Assembly: GCA_963712475.1 (NCBI GenBank)
Contig: CAVQIA010000006.1
Location: forward strand, 70,290 to 134,289
DNA from: an uncultured Chloroflexia bacterium
GTDB taxonomy: Bacteria; Chloroflexota; Anaerolineae; Anaerolineales; RBG-16-64-43
Length of the DNA: 64,000 nt
Direction: 5' to 3'
Positions 58,207 to 64,000 of this stretch are shown here, in pieces (the first letter of the stretch is position 1; every line of letters starts with the position of its first letter). The translations under genes were made by a program, and so were the position numbers. The notes beneath the pieces are model-generated. The model saw only the letters and a program-made list of their open reading frames with translations, made no database searches and was not told the origin of the DNA.

Positions 58207-60561
58207 ATGAAGAACGCAAGCAGGCAACCCACAGCCAGCCCCATCGGTGAGAATGCCCCCCGCATCGACGCCCGCCAGAAGGTGACCGGCGCCGCGATCT
58301 TTGCGGATGACATCCAATTCGGGGATTCGCTGCTGCACGCCCGCATCAAGCGCAGTCCCCATCCGCACGCCCTCATCCGGAAGATCGACACGAGCCGAGC
58401 CCGCGCCTTGCCCGGCGTGAAGTCCGTCGTCACCGGCGAGGACTTTCCAGGACACATCGGGCTGTATCTGCAAGACCGGTACATCTTCTGCCGCGACCGC
58501 GTGCGCTACGTCGGTGACCCGGTGGCGGGGGTGGCGGCTGTCAGCCCGGAGATCGCCCAGCAAGCGCTCGACCTGATCGACGTGGACTACGAAGTGCTCG
58601 AACCCGTGCTCGACGCCGAATTGGGCACCCGCCCCGACGCGGCGCTGCTGCATCCCGATCTGGGTCAGTATGTGGTTGCCAACTTCATCTTCCCCAAGGC
58701 GGGGACGAACATCTCCAATCACTTCAAGATCCGCAGGGGCGATGTCGAAAGCGCCTGGGGCCAGTGCGCTGCCGTCGTCGAGCGCAAGTACCGGATCCCG
58801 CACATTCAACACGTGCCCATCGAGCCGCATATCGCCGTCGCCAAGGTTGAAGAGTCCGGGGAGATCACCCTGTGGGGCAGTTCCCAGTCGCCCTTCGCAC
58901 AGCGCAATCTCATCGCCCAATCCATGGGCATCTCCCAGAGCCGGATGCGTGTCATCGCGCCGCTGGTCGGGGGCGGGTTTGGCAGCAAGGCCGGGGTGAG
59001 CATGGAGTCCTTGGTGGTGGCCATCGCCACGAAAGCCCGCGGGCGACCGGTGAAGCTGCTGCTGACGCGTGAAGAGGAGTTCTACACGGCCTTCGTGCGC
59101 CAGGGGCTCATTGCCCACTTCAAGATGGGCTGCGACGCCAAAGGCCGGCTCCTGGCTATGGAGAACGTGTTCTACTGGGACGGCGGGGCCTACACCGAGT
59201 ACGGCGTCAACGTCACGCGCGCCTCCGGTTACAGCAGCAGCGGCCCGTACGAAGTGCCCAACATCAAGACCGACAGCTATTGCGTCTACACCAACCACCC
59301 GGTCGGCGGCCCGATGCGTGGCTTCGGCATGCCCGAGATGCACGCCGGGTTGGAGCAGTGCATCGACGAGCTTGCCCTTCAGGTGGGGATGGATGCGGTT
59401 GAGTTTCGCAAGCTCAACTGCCTGAAGACGGGCAGCACACTACCGACCGGAAGCAAGATGCACCCGACCGGGCTGCCCATCTGCATCGAGAAGACCGCGG
59501 AGGCCATCGGGTGGGGGAAGAAGGCTCCGCCGAGCGCACCCAACAAGCGGCGTGGCAAGGGGCTGGCGCTGATGTGGAAAGCACCCGCCATGCCGCCCAA
59601 TGCGGGCTCCAGCGCCTGGGTCGAGCTGGCCGAGGACGGCACGGTGACCGTGGGTGTCGGCGGGCAGGAAATCGGGCAGGGGGTTTTCACGGTGGCCGCC
59701 CAGATGGCTGCCGCCGCGCTCGGCGTCGAGTACGAGTCCGTCCGCGTTGCCACGCCGGTCGACACGCGATACAGCCCCTATGAGTGGCAGACGGTGGCCA
59801 GCCGCCTCACCTGGAGCATGGGGAACGCCATCGTCAATGCCGCCAAGGACGCGAAGCGTCAGATCCTGGACACGGTGGCAGAAGCGTGGGGAGAAACCCC
59901 CGAAGATCTGGAGATCGTCAAGGGGGTGGTGGTCTCGTACAAGAGCGAGAAGGAGATGCCCCTCAAGAACCTCGCCATCTACGGCCTGCCCAAGCCCGGG
60001 GACAAGGGTTGGAGGGGCGGCCCGGTCATCGGACGCGGAAATTTCATGCCCACCTACGTCACCGGTCTGGATGCCGAGACCGGGCAGGGGGAACGCGCCG
60101 TCGTACACTACACCACAGGCGCCCAGGCAGTGGAATTGGAAGTCGATCTTGACACCGGCCGAATTGAGATCCTGCGAGGAGTCTCGGCGTTCGACGTCGG
60201 CAAGGCCATCAACCCGGGACAGGTCAAAGCCCAGATGGAGGGCGGTTTCGTTCAAGGCATGAGCTCGGCCCTGTTTGAGAGCCTGAACCTGAAAGACGGC
60301 GTGGTGAGGAGCCCCAGCTTCGTCGATTACCGCATCGCCACCGCGGCCGACGCGCCCAAGGACCTGCAAGCCATCATCGTCGAGGAGGCGCAGGATGACG
60401 GGCCGTGGGGCGCGCGTGGGATTGGTGAGCATTCGATGGTGCCAACGATCCCGGCCATTGCGAATGCTATCTTCGACGCGGTCGGCGTTCGGCTCGAAGG
60501 GCCTCCCTTCACCGCAGAGAAAGTCTATCTGGCCATGCTGGAAGCCGGGGTCGTGAAGTGA
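58207..60561 (+). CDS. Molybdenum hydroxylase molybdopterin-binding large subunit (xanthine dehydrogenase/aldehyde oxidoreductase family), operon 2
   Basis: 784 aa from residue 46 of ORF 58072..60561 (MKNASRQ). It has IGENAPRIDARQKVTGAAIFADD, LVGGGFGSK, GGPMRGFGMPE and RGIGEH. Confidence 0.9.
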   Translation: MKNASRQPTASPIGENAPRIDARQKVTGAAIFADDIQFGDSLLHARIKRSPHPHALIRKIDTSRARALPGVKSVVTGEDFPGHIGLYLQDRYIFCRDRVRYVGDPVAGVAAVSPEIAQQALDLIDVDYEVLEPVLDAELGTRPDAALLHPDLGQYVVANFIFPKAGTNISNHFKIRRGDVESAWGQCAAVVERKYRIPHIQHVPIEPHIAVAKVEESGEITLWGSSQSPFAQRNLIAQSMGISQSRMRVIAPLVGGGFGSKAGVSMESLVVAIATKARGRPVKLLLTREEEFYTAFVRQGLIAHFKMGCDAKGRLLAMENVFYWDGGAYTEYGVNVTRASGYSSSGPYEVPNIKTDSYCVYTNHPVGGPMRGFGMPEMHAGLEQCIDELALQVGMDAVEFRKLNCLKTGSTLPTGSKMHPTGLPICIEKTAEAIGWGKKAPPSAPNKRRGKGLALMWKAPAMPPNAGSSAWVELAEDGTVTVGVGGQEIGQGVFTVAAQMAAAALGVEYESVRVATPVDTRYSPYEWQTVASRLTWSMGNAIVNAAKDAKRQILDTVAEAWGETPEDLEIVKGVVVSYKSEKEMPLKNLAIYGLPKPGDKGWRGGPVIGRGNFMPTYVTGLDAETGQGERAVVHYTTGAQAVELEVDLDTGRIEILRGVSAFDVGKAINPGQVKAQMEGGFVQGMSSALFESLNLKDGVVRSPSFVDYRIATAADAPKDLQAIIVEEAQDDGPWGARGIGEHSMVPTIPAIANAIFDAVGVRLEGPPFTAEKVYLAMLEAGVVK

Positions 60562-60748
60562 AGGTCGGACCGGCCTCGCCCAGGTCAGGCGCGTCGGATG
60601 ACGCGCTCCGACTGACCGGATGGAATCCGACCGCGGACGTACCACCCGGAGACCGTGCGCCGGCATGGTTAACCGATCGGGCACAGCATCGGTTGCGACG
60701 GTCGCGAGTTGGAAATGCAAGATCGAGAATCCACACAGGAGCATACCC

Positions 60749-61630
60749 ATGAAGTACATTGATCTCACGATCCCGCTCGGTATCGCCACACCTCCATGGC
60801 CCACCTACGAGCCATTGCAATTGAAGTATTTCAAACGCCTGGCGCCCAACGGGGCCAACGGACAGGTGCTCACTCACTCCAACCATCTGGGCACCCACCT
60901 GGATGGCGAGATCCACTTCCACACCCCGGGCAAAGACATTGCCTCGCTGGATATGGACTTCCTTGTGCATGAGGCCGCGATCGTGGATCTGAGCGACGTG
61001 AGCGGTGACTACGACGTTTACACCAGCAAGATGGTCGACCAACGGGTCGAGGTGCGCGAGGGTGACATTCTCATCATCCACACCGGATACCATCATTTCG
61101 GCTGGGACATGCCCACCGCCGACGAGATCCGCTACATGGTCATGCACCCTGGCCCCGACCGCGAATTTGCCGAGTGGGCCAAGGCCAAGAAGCTGCGCTG
61201 GATTGGCGTCGACTGCGGCAGCGCCGACCACCCGATGAATACGATCATCCGTGACTGGATGCCGCGCCAGGCCCGTCAGGCAGAAAGAGTCTTCAAGAAG
61301 AAGTATGGCATGCCGCTGGCCGAGTATTTCGACGACAGCAAGTACCAACTGATGCACCTGGAGATGTTCCCTTACGGGATCATCCATGCGGAATGTCTGG
61401 GCGGCGAGATCGACTTGCTGCTCAACCGGCGCGTGACCGTCGGGATGTTCCCCTGGCGCTTCGTGGACGGGGAGTCCAGCATCGCTCGCTGCGTGGCGAT
61501 GGTCGAGGACGACGAGTACAAGAAGCTGATGGCCAAGAAGGCCTCCATGCCGAAGACGAAGTTCGGCGATGCCTTCGATCCGACGCATGTCGAGAGGTTG
61601 AATGCGCTCAGCAAGAAGAATCTGGCCTAG
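60749..61630 (+). CDS. Cyclase-family (kynurenine-formamidase/isatin-hydrolase-like) protein, stand-alone paralog
   Basis: 293 aa from residue 44 of ORF 60620..61630 (MKYIDLT), with CAGGAG upstream. The metal motif is intact (HLGTHLDGEIHF). By eye it is about 40-45 percent identical to the second half of 43836..45509. Confidence 0.78.
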   Translation: MKYIDLTIPLGIATPPWPTYEPLQLKYFKRLAPNGANGQVLTHSNHLGTHLDGEIHFHTPGKDIASLDMDFLVHEAAIVDLSDVSGDYDVYTSKMVDQRVEVREGDILIIHTGYHHFGWDMPTADEIRYMVMHPGPDREFAEWAKAKKLRWIGVDCGSADHPMNTIIRDWMPRQARQAERVFKKKYGMPLAEYFDDSKYQLMHLEMFPYGIIHAECLGGEIDLLLNRRVTVGMFPWRFVDGESSIARCVAMVEDDEYKKLMAKKASMPKTKFGDAFDPTHVERLNALSKKNLA

Positions 61631-61714
61631 AAGCGCTTGCGTGATCGCATAGCGAAATGCCACCCATATCACGTGCGCCTCATTGGCATGTCAGCCTAGA
61701 CAGGAGAGGAAGCT

Positions 61715-62404
61715 ATGCCCGTTGACATGGAACTCGAAATGGTCTTGCGGCCGCCGCAAATCCCGATGCCGCCTTACCCACCCAAGTGGATCACCCTGGC
61801 TAACGGAAAGAAGATGGTCGTTCGCCAGGCGGCCCGTGAGGATGTCCCGGCGATTCTCAAGTCAGTCCATCCCTGCCTTTTCATCGAGCGGGATTATTAC
61901 GACATCGTCAGCGCCAGGCTATATGGAGAGCTGCTGGCGTGGTTTCGCTACCGCGTCAAGAGCGAGTACTGCCTCCTGGGACAAGTGGATGGCTACCTGG
62001 TGGGGATCGTCAATGGGCGTCTGGAAAACGAGAAGGTCGGGATGAGCTACCACACGCTGGCCATCGACCGCGGCCTGCGCATCGGCTCGCACCTCTTCGC
62101 CGCCAAGATGGAGTACCACATGGACTACATCGGGCAAGAGGAGGTCCTCATCGTGGCCGAGAGCCCGATCGGGTTCCGGCGCTGGATGGTCGAATACCCG
62201 CTTGAGCCGACCAAGATTCCGCACGAGCTGGGCGGTGGTGACTCATGGCGCCTGACGCGGGAGACCTACCTCAAGGCCAAGCCGCGCTTGGTGGTGGGGG
62301 ACCGCCCCGTGCCCAAGTCCTTGCTGGACGTGGCCGAGGCGGAAATCAAGTTCGCCGACGACGCAACCATCCGTGAGCGCATCGCCGGACTGAAGGGGAG
62401 ATGA
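61715..62404 (+). CDS. Atypical GNAT-like protein, paralog 2 (unknown function)
   Basis: 229 aa and a paralog of 39667..40392 (see that entry). Its degenerate CoA loop reads DRGLRIGSHLF. Confidence 0.6.
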   Translation: MPVDMELEMVLRPPQIPMPPYPPKWITLANGKKMVVRQAAREDVPAILKSVHPCLFIERDYYDIVSARLYGELLAWFRYRVKSEYCLLGQVDGYLVGIVNGRLENEKVGMSYHTLAIDRGLRIGSHLFAAKMEYHMDYIGQEEVLIVAESPIGFRRWMVEYPLEPTKIPHELGGGDSWRLTRETYLKAKPRLVVGDRPVPKSLLDVAEAEIKFADDATIRERIAGLKGR

Positions 62405-62408
62405 CACC

Positions 62409-63599
62409 ATGAGAGACGTCGCCATTCTCGGCGTCGGCATGCTACCCTTTGGCCGGCGTGATGAAGACACCCTGATGGATATGCTGGCCGCCGCCTCGCT
62501 CAAGGCGCTAGATGATGCGGGCCTGGGCAACGAGTCGGTCGACGCGGTGTATGTCGCCAACATGGGCGGCGGCATGCTTCAACACCAGTCGTCCATCGCC
62601 AGCTCCCTGGTCGATCGCCTGAGCTTGCTCCCGGCGTCCGCAGAGACCATCGAGAACGGACCCGCCTCCGGAGCGTCCGCGATCAAGAACGGCCTGCTGG
62701 CCATCGCCTCCGGCTATTACGACACCGTGTTGGTCGCTGGTGGAGAGAAGATGCGTGAGGTCACGGGCTGGCGGGCGACTGATTTCGTAGCCACCATGAC
62801 CCATCCACAAGCCGAATACCCCTACGGGATCACCTTGCCCGGCATGGCCGGCATGTTCACGAAGCTGTACATGGAGAAGTATGGTGTGACCCGCGAACAC
62901 CTCCTGGCCATCTCCCTCAAGAACCAGGAGATGGGAACGCGCAACCCCTACGCCCACGTCGAGATGGCTCTGGATCGCGAGGGCATCTTCGACAGCCCGC
63001 ATGCCGTCGTGAATAACCCCGTCTCCGCCGACCCGCTGCACCTCTATGACTTATGTCCGGTGAGCGACGGCGCCGCGGCCGTGGTTCTGTGCACGGTGGA
63101 AATGGCCAAGAAGCGCGGCAAGCCCTACGTCGTCGTCGCCGGTTTCGGTCAAGCGACGGATACGCACACGTTAGCTGAGCGCGAGGACCCCACCGATCTC
63201 AAGGCGGTCACCTTGGCGGCGCAGAAGGCCTTCGCCATGGCCAAGCTCAAGCCATCCGACGTGAATGTGGCCGAGCTGCACGACGCCTTCACCATCCTCG
63301 AGATCGCCGAGAGCGAACATGTCGGCTTCTTCAAGAAAGGCGAAGGCGGCAAGGCAGCGGCTGCCGGCAAGACCCGCCTCGGCGGGCAGATCCCGATCAA
63401 CCTCTCGGGAGGCTTGAAGGCCCGCGGCCATCCCGTCGGCGCGACCGGCGTGGCTCAGGTTGTGGACATCGTCTGGCAATTGCGCCATGAGCTGCCTGAG
63501 AACCGGCAGGTGAAGAATGCCACGGTCGGCCTGACGGTCAACTTCGGCGGTTTCGGCAACAATGTCATCGCCTTCGTGCTGCAGAGGGTAGACGCATGA
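62409..63599 (+). CDS. Thiolase-like protein (SCP-x/archaeal acetoacetyl-CoA thiolase type)
   Basis: 396 aa with MRDVAILGVGMLPFGR, GPASGASAI (where classic thiolases carry the active-site Cys loop), VAELHDAFTI and NLSGGLKARGHPVGATG. Confidence 0.82.
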   Translation: MRDVAILGVGMLPFGRRDEDTLMDMLAAASLKALDDAGLGNESVDAVYVANMGGGMLQHQSSIASSLVDRLSLLPASAETIENGPASGASAIKNGLLAIASGYYDTVLVAGGEKMREVTGWRATDFVATMTHPQAEYPYGITLPGMAGMFTKLYMEKYGVTREHLLAISLKNQEMGTRNPYAHVEMALDREGIFDSPHAVVNNPVSADPLHLYDLCPVSDGAAAVVLCTVEMAKKRGKPYVVVAGFGQATDTHTLAEREDPTDLKAVTLAAQKAFAMAKLKPSDVNVAELHDAFTILEIAESEHVGFFKKGEGGKAAAAGKTRLGGQIPINLSGGLKARGHPVGATGVAQVVDIVWQLRHELPENRQVKNATVGLTVNFGGFGNNVIAFVLQRVDA

Positions 63600-63946
63600 G
63601 TGACATCCCGATCACGGCCTACAAGTGTAAGAAGTGCGGCAAGATCCACTACCCATTCCATGATCGCTGCTTGAAGTGCAAGGGGCGCGAGTTCGAAAAG
63701 CTGCACCCGGCAGGGCAGGCCAAGCTGCTCACGTGCACCCAGATCTTCAACCTGCCGTGGGGATTCGACGAGCGCTTCCTCATCATCGGCATCGGGGAGT
63801 TCGAGAACGGCGTGCGGGCGATGGGCCAGATCAAGGCTGACGACATTGCCGAGCTGAAGCTCGGCATGAAGCTGACCCCCACCTGGGCTCCCATTCGCAA
63901 GATGCATGACGAGAATGTGTATGGGCTCAAGTTCGAACCCAAATAG
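63596..63946 (+). CDS. DUF35-type Zn-ribbon/OB-fold protein (thiolase partner)
   Basis: 116 aa with a rubredoxin-like CKKCGK...CLKCKG and a C-terminal OB-fold-like part. Its start overlaps the thiolase stop. Confidence 0.82.
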   Translation: MSDIPITAYKCKKCGKIHYPFHDRCLKCKGREFEKLHPAGQAKLLTCTQIFNLPWGFDERFLIIGIGEFENGVRAMGQIKADDIAELKLGMKLTPTWAPIRKMHDENVYGLKFEPK

Positions 63947-64000
63947 CACGAGTCTCGACGCAACCTGATCGGCCAGGTGGCTTGGCGTCCCATCGAGTTA

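Noticed and set aside
1-64000. CRISPR arrays, prophage or defence-system genes, and transposons.
   Set aside because: I saw no regularly spaced direct repeats when reading through the intergenic regions. No ORF has Cas, integrase, transposase, restriction or toxin-antitoxin-like motifs. The only tandem repeat found is the coding 27-nt linker repeat at 51581..51655.

Overview
GC-rich bacterial chromosomal window (by eye about two-thirds G+C, not computed). It is densely coding, mostly on the + strand. I found no rRNA, tRNA, CRISPR array, transposase or integrase, and no recognisable DNA-binding regulator. Left to right: (1) housekeeping and miscellaneous genes: a Pat-type acyl-CoA synthetase/GNAT fusion, cyclophilin, a small cytochrome-b5-like protein, a DUF2804-like protein and ferritin. 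(2) A sugar and peptide utilisation stretch: GH51 arabinofuranosidase, GH31, GH4, a PIG-L deacetylase, a PfkB kinase, an M28 peptidase, an ABC-F ATPase and five MFS transporters. (3) A split MetH-like corrinoid methyl-transfer cluster (B12-binding protein, pterin-binding methyltransferase, stand-alone reactivation domain) with a class-III aminotransferase embedded in it. (4) The most interesting part, from about 39.6 kb to the right edge: an uncharacterised catabolic island. It holds two paralogous atypical GNAT-like proteins, three copies of a cyclase/amidohydrolase-like domain (two fused, one degenerate), an FdrA plus DUF1116 pair, NmrA and DinB proteins, two molybdenum hydroxylase operons, a BMP-type (nucleoside-like) ABC importer, and a thiolase plus DUF35 pair. 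I read it as a candidate novel N-heterocycle or cyclic-amide degradation system that uses CoA-thioester chemistry. At least 14 frameshifts interrupt otherwise intact, recognisable genes, and the two junctions I traced to single bases both sit on C-runs. This argues for indel-type sequencing or assembly error rather than real gene decay. Function calls come from motif and family recognition by eye, since no searches were run. CDS coordinates come from the ORF track, with start refinements calculated by counting residues.
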